Shown here one piece after another: positions 47,609 to 57,225 of a DNA stretch of 64,000 nt (position 1 is the first letter of the stretch; each line of letters begins with the position of its first letter). Where the stretch lies: sequence record MW749006.1; one strand, written 5' to 3'. Below the pieces are notes generated by a model, which saw only the letters and a program-made list of their open reading frames with translations, was not told the origin of the DNA and ran no database searches. The position numbers were made by a program, and so were the translations under genes.

Positions 47609-47920
47609 GTTATAGTGGTTCGCTAAAGTTATTAAATACACTTAAACAATTTTTGACTTAGTTATTTAATAGCTTCCACTATAACGACCGTAGGGTATCC
47701 GGCTTCCTAAGAGTGATGTTGTTGCCTCCAAGTTACTCCTGTCGTTACTCTTAGGATAAGTCTAGCACTGCTAGAGAGTTAGTTATTGTTTAGTGCAGCT
47801 CATACCCAAGTGGGACTAGCCCAACCTTAATACCTCGACGTTCTCTTTACGAGGTGGGCCTAATTTCCTCCGGGTAGTGCTAGCAGCTTCGGCTGCTAGT
47901 GCTATTTCTTTTTCTTTTTT
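47609..47920 (+). ncRNA. Unassigned structured RNA / attenuator-like leader ending in a UUCG-loop terminator
   Basis: ORF-free interval with nested stems (47609-18/47676-85, 47627-38/47663-74, 47706-18/47743-55, 47696-702/47870-76, 47819-37/47850-59). It ends in a 13-bp terminator at 47875-47904 plus a U-tract. Confidence 0.55.
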
Positions 47921-47961
47921 CCTCTTTCAATCCAATGACACTATAACAGGAGTTCTCTAAT

Positions 47962-48999
47962 ATGAAAGTCCCAATTCTTGGTATATCACCAAACATAAAC
48001 ATAACTACCGATAAAGGGGTTGTGGAAGTTCGTAACTTAGCTTGTGCTATAGAAGTAGGAGTTAAAGTTAAACCTATTACACCGTACAAATTAAAGAACA
48101 GTTCTGGTGAGTGGGTTAACGTCGTAAGTGTAACTAACCTTGGAACACAATACGTAAGAGACTTTATTGTAGAAGACGGTAGATGTTTTGTAGTTGGTGA
48201 TAATCAACGAGTGTTAACTAATAAAGGATTGTTGTCTGGAGATAATATAAAGACGGATATCGAGATTACTTTACAAGCCGAAGGTGATATAGACTATCCT
48301 CCTGTGGAGTGGGTAGAAGGGTTTCCTTCGTTTCCTTTAGACACTAACTCACTAAGTACTTTAAAGTTATTAGGAATGATCACAGCCTTCGGTAGAGTGA
48401 TACCTGAGTTAGGTGTGATTGGTTTAGAAGATGTTCAGTCTAGAACTGTAGTGGACTTCACTAACTTAATGGAAACAGTTTTCCATTTAGCGCCAGAAGA
48501 CATGGTAAAAACAAAACAGACTACCAACAAAGTTTCAGTACACTACACTCATGTAGGTTTAGCTAGATGGTTAAATGGTCTACTGAATCGAGGTATTCCT
48601 TGTGAAGTAATGAGAGCATCAAAAGAACAAATTCTGATGTTTCTTAAAGGAATGTACGATCAAAGATACAGTCAAACTCAGACTCCTATTAAAGGAGCTA
48701 AGTATGTGTACTACGGTAATAAACCTGTGGTTGCTAGACAAGTGTTTAGTTTGTTGAAAGTTCTAGGTTATTCTCCAAGACTATTAAACGAACAAGATCA
48801 CAAGTACTCTGTTCTGACTACTGGTGTTAATATCCATGAAGATAGTAAGTTAAGATCTAATCTCTATAAAGATGTAACTACTAAAACAGTTAGAGTTAAA
48901 GAAGTTTGTGGGTATCTAGATGAAGTTTACCTTATAGAGATTGATCAAGGTAATAATTATATTGCCGATGGTTTAGTTATTAACACTGGAGTTATATAA
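47962..48999 (+). CDS. Free-standing degenerate intein-like protein (Hint plus LAGLIDADG-like domains, catalytic residues lost)
   Basis: Block A GISPNINITTDKG, block B VGDNQRVLT, LAGLIDADG-like LLGMITAFG and FLKGMYDQRY, blocks F/G EVYLIEIDQGNNYIADGLVINT. Own SD AGGAG; no exteins. Confidence 0.7.
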   Translation: MKVPILGISPNINITTDKGVVEVRNLACAIEVGVKVKPITPYKLKNSSGEWVNVVSVTNLGTQYVRDFIVEDGRCFVVGDNQRVLTNKGLLSGDNIKTDIEITLQAEGDIDYPPVEWVEGFPSFPLDTNSLSTLKLLGMITAFGRVIPELGVIGLEDVQSRTVVDFTNLMETVFHLAPEDMVKTKQTTNKVSVHYTHVGLARWLNGLLNRGIPCEVMRASKEQILMFLKGMYDQRYSQTQTPIKGAKYVYYGNKPVVARQVFSLLKVLGYSPRLLNEQDHKYSVLTTGVNIHEDSKLRSNLYKDVTTKTVRVKEVCGYLDEVYLIEIDQGNNYIADGLVINTGVI

Positions 49000-49001
49000 A
49001 T

Positions 49002-49277
49002 ATGTTTATTGTAAGTAGTTTAGGTTATTGGGTTAGTTTGATAGTTTATGTTACGTTATTGTCAACACTAATAACAACTTATCCTAAGAAAAGAAACCGA
49101 CACATTGATTCTCGTATAGAAGAATCTTTCTTTATTAGAACTGATCTAATGGGTAAGATGACTTATTATGACTTTAAAAACACTGTCTACGTTTTCTTAT
49201 TTGTTATAGCTTTAATACCAGTAATCAACCTTATAGGTATTGGTTACTTACTATGGATGTTATTTACGGAGGACTAA
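49002..49277 (+). CDS. Small two-TM membrane protein
   Basis: Hydrophobic N- and C-terminal helices. Confidence 0.6.
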   Translation: MFIVSSLGYWVSLIVYVTLLSTLITTYPKKRNRHIDSRIEESFFIRTDLMGKMTYYDFKNTVYVFLFVIALIPVINLIGIGYLLWMLFTED

Positions 49278-49279
49278 AG

Positions 49280-50689
49280 ATGTCAGCGCACACAACAGAC
49301 ACCTCCGCTACATACCTAGATATTAAAGATATAATAGCTAACCACAGCGAACCTTACAGTAGTACTTTCACTATGGAAGTTCAACTACACACAGTGGATA
49401 AGGATCTTAGTAATCTAGATCACATTACTGTTGTGGAGATGTCGGTTCTTAGAGACTATGTACTTAACATGAGTGACTACATTGAAATCACTCTACTGGT
49501 TCCTATAGGTACTTTCGTCTATGACATTTACCCTTACTTAAATAACATAGAAGTTACCTTAGTCACTAATAAACAACTAAGTAAAGATGGTAAAGTTCAA
49601 AAGGTAATGGAGCGTTACAAAGCAGTTTACTTGTTAGATAAGAACAAGAACAAACCAACTATGAGTAGTGCTTCAAAACAAGACCTTAACCAAGAACTAC
49701 CAACTACCCTAACACTACAGTTATTAGATAGAGCTGTAGAGGTTCTCAGAATTAAGACAACTCAAGGAAGTTTTGATCACCGTGTTAGTTCTAATAAGAA
49801 TCTTACTGTCGAGAATTTCATTAGAAGTGTTGTTAGTGAAGAAGCTAACAAAATACTCATTGAGAATAAACCAGTATTAGAACACATCAACATAGAACCT
49901 GTAGATAATAAAGAACCTCTATCTGGTCTAGTAATACCTTCTAACACCCGAGTAGTTGATGTAGTAGACTTCTTACAAGTAAAAGGTAAAGGTGTTTACA
50001 ATGCTGGTGTGGGTAGTTATATACAGAACTATGGTATAGATCCTCATCAAACTAGCAAAGGTTACTATGCTTATTCGTTATATAAACCTTCTAAGTATAT
50101 TAAAGCTAAGAATAAGATAATCATATACTCTCCACTAACGTCTAATCTATCTATGACAGATATTACGTATAAGTATGAAGAGGGATTACTTAAGATAGTT
50201 TCACACGCAATACCTAACATTGACGATCTAAAAGAATCGAATCTAATGTCTACAGGTGTTGGTTACCGGATGGCTAACGCTGCTTCCTTTATGAAGAAAC
50301 CAGTTGTTATAACTGAAGATGGTCCGGTGTTTGATAGAGCAAGACAGAATACTGAGATCATATCTAAAGACAGAGCAGATGGTGTTAACTATGCCCCTAA
50401 CAAAGGTATCAGTTCTAATCACTTTGTACACACTAGCGAGATCCTAGAGAAAAGTGGTAGCTACATTACTGTTGAGATAAGTAACTTAGATCATGAGTTC
50501 ATCTATCCAGCAGCACCTGTGAAGATTGTTTATAACGGTAAAAATAATAAAGTAGAAGAACTTTATGGAGTCATTCACAAAGCCGCTATCAAATACTCAA
50601 CTCCTAACTTAGACGTAGTTAGTAACATTAGTAAGGGTGCGGTTGGTTTAGGTTCCTTTGTAGTATTATATATTTTTGTAGAGGTATAA
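49280..50689 (+). CDS. Putative baseplate hub protein (phiKZ gp101-like)
   Basis: ~469 aa from ATG 49280 (SD GGAGG); GVYNAGVGSYIQ motif; synteny. Confidence 0.5.
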   Translation: MSAHTTDTSATYLDIKDIIANHSEPYSSTFTMEVQLHTVDKDLSNLDHITVVEMSVLRDYVLNMSDYIEITLLVPIGTFVYDIYPYLNNIEVTLVTNKQLSKDGKVQKVMERYKAVYLLDKNKNKPTMSSASKQDLNQELPTTLTLQLLDRAVEVLRIKTTQGSFDHRVSSNKNLTVENFIRSVVSEEANKILIENKPVLEHINIEPVDNKEPLSGLVIPSNTRVVDVVDFLQVKGKGVYNAGVGSYIQNYGIDPHQTSKGYYAYSLYKPSKYIKAKNKIIIYSPLTSNLSMTDITYKYEEGLLKIVSHAIPNIDDLKESNLMSTGVGYRMANAASFMKKPVVITEDGPVFDRARQNTEIISKDRADGVNYAPNKGISSNHFVHTSEILEKSGSYITVEISNLDHEFIYPAAPVKIVYNGKNNKVEELYGVIHKAAIKYSTPNLDVVSNISKGAVGLGSFVVLYIFVEV

Positions 50690-51115
50690 ATGTTGGAAAA
50701 GATTAAAGATGCTTTTAAGAACTTAACTATTAAAAAACATAGTAGTACTTTGGATGACGACACTGGATCTAGTGAAGATGTTCTAAAGTCTCAGGTGAAA
50801 AAGTTAATACGTAAAAGTCAAAAAAGAACACCGTTTACGTTAGAAGACATTAACTTTCTACTAAACTACTGCTTCGGTGAACCTAGGTTAAAGACTACCA
50901 CGTTTAAATTCCATGACTCACTAGCTAGACATATGGTTTTTGCTATCAGTAGTGTTTATATAATTGCAGACACTGATGACCATGTAACTGGATTACGTTT
51001 TGGTATGCGTGAGATATTATTAGGTAAGACTGTTAATTTAGACGTATCTCTTAGTGATCTTAACGAACTGATGGTTCCTGTCTCTATTAAGATTGATTCT
51101 AAAAACTTACATTAA
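50690..51115 (+). CDS. Hypothetical protein
   Basis: 141 aa, contiguous operon. Confidence 0.65.
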   Translation: MLEKIKDAFKNLTIKKHSSTLDDDTGSSEDVLKSQVKKLIRKSQKRTPFTLEDINFLLNYCFGEPRLKTTTFKFHDSLARHMVFAISSVYIIADTDDHVTGLRFGMREILLGKTVNLDVSLSDLNELMVPVSIKIDSKNLH

Positions 51116-51131
51116 CCGGAGTACATTCCCA

Positions 51132-51596
51132 ATGACAAAAGTTGAATTAGTACAACTTCTTAAAGATAACTTAGCTGACAACAGATTGGTTGCTGTTAAG
51201 TTATTCTTAGAAGATCTAATCTCCAGAAACACACACGGTAGCGGTATTGGACAATACAGAATGTATACTACTACTCCTTCCGTTGTTCCTGGACAAGAAC
51301 CAACAAAGAACTACATTACTAGTGTAGATGATTTCTTAACTAAGTTAGATTCGGAAGAATTAACTGCAGAGTTTATGTACGGTTCTTTCAAAGCAACCGG
51401 TCGAGTAACACCACCGATTTCTACCACACCTACTAATATAGTAGTAGAGTTAGATCATCACTCCGAAGAAGATAACTTATATTTCCGGTACTGGGGTGGA
51501 TCTACTATTAAGAAGCAGATTAGTTTTACTTTGTCTTATATGAATGATAACGATAAAGAATTACCTATCAAAATTGTTAACGTAGCTCTGGGGTAA
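51132..51596 (+). CDS. Hypothetical protein
   Basis: ATG 51132 with SD GGAG. Confidence 0.6.
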   Translation: MTKVELVQLLKDNLADNRLVAVKLFLEDLISRNTHGSGIGQYRMYTTTPSVVPGQEPTKNYITSVDDFLTKLDSEELTAEFMYGSFKATGRVTPPISTTPTNIVVELDHHSEEDNLYFRYWGGSTIKKQISFTLSYMNDNDKELPIKIVNVALG

Positions 51597-51599
51597 TTT

Positions 51600-51983
51600 A
51601 TGACTATCCTTCACATTAACAAACACTATAGTTTCTCTGTATATGCAAACTCTATTCTAGGTACTAACTATAAGAATGCTAAGTTAGTTGCTATTCTAGA
51701 TTATAGAACTGCATTACGGTTTGAGAACATAGATTTAGTACACAAACAAATATACCCCTACTTACCACCTAGCACTTTGATTGATCATACTAAGTATACC
51801 TTCTACTTGTTTACAGTAGACGATAAATCTGTTGTTATTGCAGACACTTGGATTAATCAAAATAGCATTGAGGAGACTACTGGTCAATCTTACACTGTTA
51901 AGTTGAACAACGTAACCACTCATCAGTTGAATATCATTAGAGATCAACTGAGACTCATTGGAGTGTCGTTTGACATCAGTTAG
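51600..51983 (+). CDS. Conserved hypothetical (possible virion) protein
   Basis: 127 aa in the operon before the capsid gene. Confidence 0.65.
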   Translation: MTILHINKHYSFSVYANSILGTNYKNAKLVAILDYRTALRFENIDLVHKQIYPYLPPSTLIDHTKYTFYLFTVDDKSVVIADTWINQNSIEETTGQSYTVKLNNVTTHQLNIIRDQLRLIGVSFDIS

Positions 51984-51994
51984 GAGCAGGAGTC

Positions 51995-52648
51995 ATGAAT
52001 ACCCCAACACTTTTAGAGAAACCAGAAACCATTACTAAGATGACTACTGTAGAAGCATTTACTACAGCACCAGGTCTAAATCCTTTCTTCTTTTTAACAA
52101 GACAGACTTACAGAACTTTTAAAGATCTTAACATTGACATTAATGAATCTTTAGATACTCGTAAAGTTAGTGATCGTCTTAAAGCAGAAATAAGATTACT
52201 AAATAACAATGTATTATCTAGCTTACTTTTTGATAAGATCCTTTACGATGAGTTTGCTAATCTAACTAAAGAAGAGTTATCTGGTATTAGATTAGAGGTC
52301 AATGATTACCTGTTAGCTGAATGTAGTGGTGAAATACATAATAATTGTAGTCACGATTTCAATCCAGAATCACGTTCAAATTGTCCATTAGAAAAATACT
52401 ATGAAATTACCCCTTTAAATACAAACAGCGGGACCATTTTACTCGTTGTGGTTGATGAGGGATTCCTAAGGAAAGTAACTGGATCAAAAGAAAGTTTCTC
52501 TGAGTTTCTTTCAGACATCCTAGATTACATGTATTCCATTAAATCATTACCTACTAATATACAGCAGATAGTTCAAAGCTACCTGCGGATAAATAATAAT
52601 GAAGATCTCTTGACTAGGATCAAAGTCTCCCTGAGATCAACCAAATAG
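51995..52648 (+). CDS. Conserved protein upstream of the major capsid gene
   Basis: 217 aa, SD AGGAG; synteny with phiKZ gp119. Confidence 0.6.
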   Translation: MNTPTLLEKPETITKMTTVEAFTTAPGLNPFFFLTRQTYRTFKDLNIDINESLDTRKVSDRLKAEIRLLNNNVLSSLLFDKILYDEFANLTKEELSGIRLEVNDYLLAECSGEIHNNCSHDFNPESRSNCPLEKYYEITPLNTNSGTILLVVVDEGFLRKVTGSKESFSEFLSDILDYMYSIKSLPTNIQQIVQSYLRINNNEDLLTRIKVSLRSTK

Positions 52649-52693
52649 AAACATTGATCAATTTTTCTTTCCTTTTAATGATGGAGCAACAAT

Positions 52694-54844
52694 ATGTCTT
52701 TTAGCAAACTTCTACCGGGTCGTAAGCATAGCACTTTCAATCCAATTGGCGAATTGTCCGAAAAAGTATCCCAGGTAACTGCTTCACGTTCAATGAACGA
52801 CAACGCTGTTGGTACTATGGCTATCGCTTCTGAGTCTATGGATTCACAAAGCCAACAACAACTGTCTAGCTTCTACGGTAACATGGAATCATCTATCCGT
52901 GCTATCGCTGAAGATTTTGATATTGCTGTTGAATCACACCAAATCGAAGCAGCTACTATGGCTGGTGTATTTGGTACTAACCCTAAAGGTTTCATGACCA
53001 CTAAACTTCGTAACCCACAGCAAGGTGCTGTAATGGTTCAGAGTTCAGTAGTTGATGGTCATCCTGAGCGTCCAGTTCTTTCTACTGAAGCTTACGACGA
53101 GCGCGCTAACCGTAACGCACAGATGCAGTCAATCGTTTATAACTTATTGGCTTCACGTCAAGATGAGTTCGGTGAGACTTTCTTCCCAACTATTAACATC
53201 AACCCAACTGAAGTTGGTATCACTCTGTCAGTAAACTTGTTCTATGTTTACAATGACTTCAAACGTGATGTAACTGGTTCACTTGCTAACTACGCTCGTA
53301 AGAACGTAATCCGTGCATACGCTGACTCAGAAATTCTGAAGAACGAATTGACTCGTGTTGTTCCAGTTCGTCGTACTGGCGGTGGTGCTGATGATAACCA
53401 AGCAGTGTTCGCTGCTGATGCTGGTAACTGGTCAGTAGACCTAGGTACTGGTATTGTTGTTCCTACTGGTGCTCTGAAAGTAGACACTAAAGTTGATCTG
53501 TTGGGTATCTCTCAGACTAACGAATTGTTGAACAGCGGTATCATGGGTCCTTCTGATAACCTAGATGCTCACATCAAACTTGAGTCTATCTTCGTTAAGT
53601 TGACCAAAGGTGGTGATTCTGAAGTTGTTCAGATCTTCACTGATAACCTACCTGCTTCTACTTTCACATACGCTCCACAAGGCAACACTCGTCGTATGTT
53701 GTTGAGCATGGATACTGACTCAGTAGTTCTTGATAAGAACCTGAAGACTGTAGCTGGTATTGCTCCTACCGTTCTTCCTGAACTAGCATCTAACAGTGTT
53801 CGTGTTCAGTTGACTGTAAGTGGTTCTGTTGTACTTGATAAAGGTGATTCAATCCTTAACCGTGGTAGCTTGACTCTTACTACTATGCGTAATGCTGGTG
53901 GTGCTCTGGTTACTGGTACTGGTTTTGATGACGTTGCAGCTGTAATTGATACTGCAGAGATCATTGGTTACACCTTGACTGCATTCCGTGCTAACAGCAA
54001 CATCCGTCAACGTGGTCAGTTGTTAGATGGTCAGTCTGAGTACCGTGTAATTACTGTTCCTTACCGTTCACCTATCGCAGCTATCATGCCAGTTAACGGT
54101 GGTGCTAACGATACTTCACCTCTACAGAACCTGGTTACTACTACAGCTATCCGTACTTCTAACGATGCAGTTCATGCACTGTTGAAAGCAGCTGCTGTAT
54201 TGAAAGGTTATGCTCCTATTGCTAACGCAGATGGTAGCTTGCCAGAGATGGAATTCATCGGTCATCACTACGTTAAACCAGTGTTCTTTGAAGAGACCTT
54301 GGATCTGTCTAAAGTAGTTGATAGCTTGAGCTCACACGAGCGTGCTAAAGATATCCGTGCTGCCCTAGTTGAGAAAGTTCGTTTCTACGCTAACGGTATG
54401 TATCGTGAGTCTGAGTACAAAGCAGCAGCAACAGTTCTAACTGGTAGCAAAGACTTCAAACCAACTGTAATCATTGGTACTGATCCAGTTCTTGCTAACT
54501 ACATCCAACACGATGGCGACCTTCGTACTCTGGGTGAGAACTTTGATGTTAAAGTTGTATCTACAATCGACAGTCGTATGAAAGGCAAACTGATGATTTC
54601 ATTCGGTGTCTTTGATGCTTCACGTAACACTGTTGTAAACCCATTGAACTTTGGTAACATGTTCTACTCTCCTGAGTTGACCTTACAGTTGCCAGCTGTT
54701 TCACGTGACGGTGCAGTATCTGAAGAGCTGATCGTTTCTCCTCGTTACCTACACAGCGTTTCACTGCCAATCATGACAGTGCTGACTGTAGAGAACCTGG
54801 CTGACGTTACTTCTAAAGTTACTCGCTTCACTAAAGAGCAGTAA
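52694..54844 (+). CDS. Major capsid protein precursor (phiKZ gp120-like)
   Basis: 716 aa with strongly biased highly-expressed codon usage; processing motifs ASES/STEA; YNLLASRQDEFGETFFPT and LNFGNMFYSPEL motifs. Confidence 0.85.
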   Translation: MSFSKLLPGRKHSTFNPIGELSEKVSQVTASRSMNDNAVGTMAIASESMDSQSQQQLSSFYGNMESSIRAIAEDFDIAVESHQIEAATMAGVFGTNPKGFMTTKLRNPQQGAVMVQSSVVDGHPERPVLSTEAYDERANRNAQMQSIVYNLLASRQDEFGETFFPTININPTEVGITLSVNLFYVYNDFKRDVTGSLANYARKNVIRAYADSEILKNELTRVVPVRRTGGGADDNQAVFAADAGNWSVDLGTGIVVPTGALKVDTKVDLLGISQTNELLNSGIMGPSDNLDAHIKLESIFVKLTKGGDSEVVQIFTDNLPASTFTYAPQGNTRRMLLSMDTDSVVLDKNLKTVAGIAPTVLPELASNSVRVQLTVSGSVVLDKGDSILNRGSLTLTTMRNAGGALVTGTGFDDVAAVIDTAEIIGYTLTAFRANSNIRQRGQLLDGQSEYRVITVPYRSPIAAIMPVNGGANDTSPLQNLVTTTAIRTSNDAVHALLKAAAVLKGYAPIANADGSLPEMEFIGHHYVKPVFFEETLDLSKVVDSLSSHERAKDIRAALVEKVRFYANGMYRESEYKAAATVLTGSKDFKPTVIIGTDPVLANYIQHDGDLRTLGENFDVKVVSTIDSRMKGKLMISFGVFDASRNTVVNPLNFGNMFYSPELTLQLPAVSRDGAVSEELIVSPRYLHSVSLPIMTVLTVENLADVTSKVTRFTKEQ

Positions 54845-54863
54845 GTTGTAATGTGATGTAAAT

Positions 54864-54896
54864 AGAACCAGGTGGCTAATGTCACCTGGTTCTTTC
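54864..54896 (+). terminator. Terminator after the capsid gene
   Basis: agaaccaggtggc-taat-gtcacctggttct. Confidence 0.65.
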
Positions 54897-54959
54897 ACGC
54901 ATTGTATAAATTAATACCATGGTAATATAGTAGAGACAACAACCCAACAGGAAGATAAC

Positions 54960-55469
54960 ATGCTAGATAAAATAATCAACCATTATGTTGAAAGTAAAAA
55001 CACTCAAGAAAACATCAATGTGTTTGTAGAAATCAATAAACGTTTCATTAAAGAAGTACAAGAACGTTACGCTGTAGTCATTGTAGAGTTCATGCAGAAT
55101 TTTGTATTTGAACAGCAGGGTAAGATTGTTCTGACTGTTAATGTACATAAAGCTAAAGAGTTAGGGATGAAAACAGATATCCTAGACCTAACCGCTAACA
55201 CTACTCGTTCTATCGCTCTAGAACCCACTACAGGGGTGTTTTCTTTTGATATTAGTATCAATGGGAAGGGTGGGGTCTATAAGTTCAACTCTAAGGACCT
55301 AGAGACTATTGACGTAGTAGTTTTAAATGACGACGATGAAGTAGAACATATCCCTTTAGAGTTAGTTCTAACTACTATCCATGAAAAGATCATGGCACCT
55401 AAAGAGAATGTACAAGTAGTACCTGAAGACTTACCTGCTAACGTAGTGCGTGGTAACTTTGGTAAATAG
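54960..55469 (+). CDS. Hypothetical protein, possibly SspB-like ClpXP adaptor
   Basis: GKIVLTV...FSFDISINGKGGVYKF..LETI resembles the SspB core; flexible tail ending NVVRGNFGK. Confidence 0.4.
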   Translation: MLDKIINHYVESKNTQENINVFVEINKRFIKEVQERYAVVIVEFMQNFVFEQQGKIVLTVNVHKAKELGMKTDILDLTANTTRSIALEPTTGVFSFDISINGKGGVYKFNSKDLETIDVVVLNDDDEVEHIPLELVLTTIHEKIMAPKENVQVVPEDLPANVVRGNFGK

Positions 55470-55477
55470 ACAACAAT

Positions 55478-55509
55478 AGACCTAGGTAGCTTGATTGCTA
55501 CCTAGGTCT
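55478..55509 (+). terminator. Terminator hairpin
   Basis: agacctaggtagc-ttgatt-gctacctaggtct. Confidence 0.6.
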
Positions 55510-55536
55510 TTACACGTATTGGAAGAGAACATAACA

Positions 55537-55555
55537 ACATATATACTAACTATAG
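55537..55555 (+). promoter_or_regulatory. Candidate phage RNAP promoter
   Basis: ACATATATActaactatag upstream of the operon containing the nvRNAP subunit. Confidence 0.5.
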
Positions 55556-55620
55556 AAGGTAGTGTATTCTTTACTTGGAGTACCTCTAAACATTAACTCT
55601 CTCTTGAAAGGAGATAAGTC

Positions 55621-57171
55621 TTGAAAGACATTACATTAAAATCTAGAATACTTGGAGCCTACTCCTTAGAGGGAACTGGTAACATGTCAAGGACGGAGAA
55701 AAGGTTTCAAGCTACTGCTGGTATGAGTGGTTATTTACCTATTCTAAAGTTAATCAAATTCAACCAACAAGAAGAAGTACGTTTAACCAACGGTAGACAA
55801 ACAACACAAGACATAGCTACTTACAATAAGAATAGAGGTAATCAAAACCTATCCCAGGAAGTTATTGAAACAAAGAAAATAGATATAACTGAGAACGATA
55901 TTATCTGCTCACCTGTTTCTGTTGCGTTCAACTTTACTAGTAGCGATATTAGTATGAGTTTACCCAATGGTTTTCGTAAGACATTTAATCCACTTTCTAG
56001 TAATAACTTCAGGGAACATATTGGTAACTTAATTATACTAACTGTTTATTACTTTAACATCCCTTCATATATCAAAGAGAAAACACAACAAGGTAATTAC
56101 TTTAAGGAACTAGCTAAAGAAACTGTTAACGATAAAGCTTCTCATAGTGAGATCATGAGAGACATATATCACTACCTTGCTAATAACACTCAGCTCTACG
56201 ATGAAGATAGTTTCATTAAAGAAGATTCATGTATGCGAGTAGTCACTATAACTGAGTTGAATGAAGCTGACTTAACTGACGGAGATTGCTTTGATCTAAA
56301 CACAGGTAACACCTATAGTAAAGAAACTCTCTTAGGGATGGATGCAAACCCTTTACGTGATGATGAATTACACCATAGGAAAAGTGTGTTTGATCACTTA
56401 GAACCTAGTCAAGTGTGTGTCTTTATAAATGACTACGAAGACATACTACCACCACAGTACATTAATATTGGTGGTGAAGTCATACAGGTAACTAAAACTA
56501 GAAATAAGTATAACTTCCAAGGTCTTATATTAATGACTAAAGAAGAAGGAAAGAAACCAGTACAGATTCAAGTTCCACTAGAAGAGCTAGGTAACAACAA
56601 ATATGTTTATTCTAGTAGAGCTGAAGCAAACACCGGTGCTAACCTTAAAGAAGCTAGAAGCGTAGAGATAGAACAGTTAAAACATAAGTTTGATATGGAG
56701 AGAAGAGAGAAAGAAGCTTTACATCGTGAGAAGATGCAAGAGATTGAAGTGATAAACAAAAGACTAGAAGCTACTCTGTTAAAGGAAAGAGAAGAACACA
56801 AAATCAAAGTGTCAAGAGAACAGGCTATGTTTGATCAAGCTAACAACGAGAAACGATTAGCTTTAGAAGCTGAGAGAGATGCGTTAGTTACCAAGCAAAA
56901 AGAGTTTGATCTGGAAGTAGCTAAAACTAAAGCTGCGTTAGCTATTGAGCAAGAAGAACTAAAGACTAAAGCAGCTGTAGAAACTATAGAAGCTAAGAAA
57001 AGCTATGAGGAGTATCTACACGAAGCTAATCGTTATAGCGTAGCTTCTAAGAACAACTATGAGACTGGTAAGTATCACAGAGACTCCACATTAGAAACTA
57101 TCAAGACCATAGGTTCTGTAGTAGCAGCGGGTGCTGGTATTGTGTTCTTGTACAGTAAGTTTGCTAAATAG
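55621..57171 (+). CDS. Conserved protein with long C-terminal coiled coil and hydrophobic tail (phiKZ gp122-like position)
   Basis: TTG start with SD AGGAG; E/K-rich coiled coil; ends VVAAGAGIVFLYSKFAK. Confidence 0.65.
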   Translation: MKDITLKSRILGAYSLEGTGNMSRTEKRFQATAGMSGYLPILKLIKFNQQEEVRLTNGRQTTQDIATYNKNRGNQNLSQEVIETKKIDITENDIICSPVSVAFNFTSSDISMSLPNGFRKTFNPLSSNNFREHIGNLIILTVYYFNIPSYIKEKTQQGNYFKELAKETVNDKASHSEIMRDIYHYLANNTQLYDEDSFIKEDSCMRVVTITELNEADLTDGDCFDLNTGNTYSKETLLGMDANPLRDDELHHRKSVFDHLEPSQVCVFINDYEDILPPQYINIGGEVIQVTKTRNKYNFQGLILMTKEEGKKPVQIQVPLEELGNNKYVYSSRAEANTGANLKEARSVEIEQLKHKFDMERREKEALHREKMQEIEVINKRLEATLLKEREEHKIKVSREQAMFDQANNEKRLALEAERDALVTKQKEFDLEVAKTKAALAIEQEELKTKAAVETIEAKKSYEEYLHEANRYSVASKNNYETGKYHRDSTLETIKTIGSVVAAGAGIVFLYSKFAK

Positions 57172-57225
57172 TTTAATAAAATTGTAGGAGGAATCTAGTG
57201 CAACACACACCTGGAGGAAACAAAC

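Noticed and set aside
47609-47920. tmRNA, RNase P RNA or group I intron identity
   Set aside because: No tRNA-like ends or tag frame. The minus-strand GAGGAAA lacks a proper P4 partner, and the GACTA/TAGTG P7-like pairing is mismatched with no J8/7 consensus.
47962-48999. Active intein or homing endonuclease
   Set aside because: Splicing nucleophiles and LAGLIDADG acidic residues are absent, and there is no host-protein extein.
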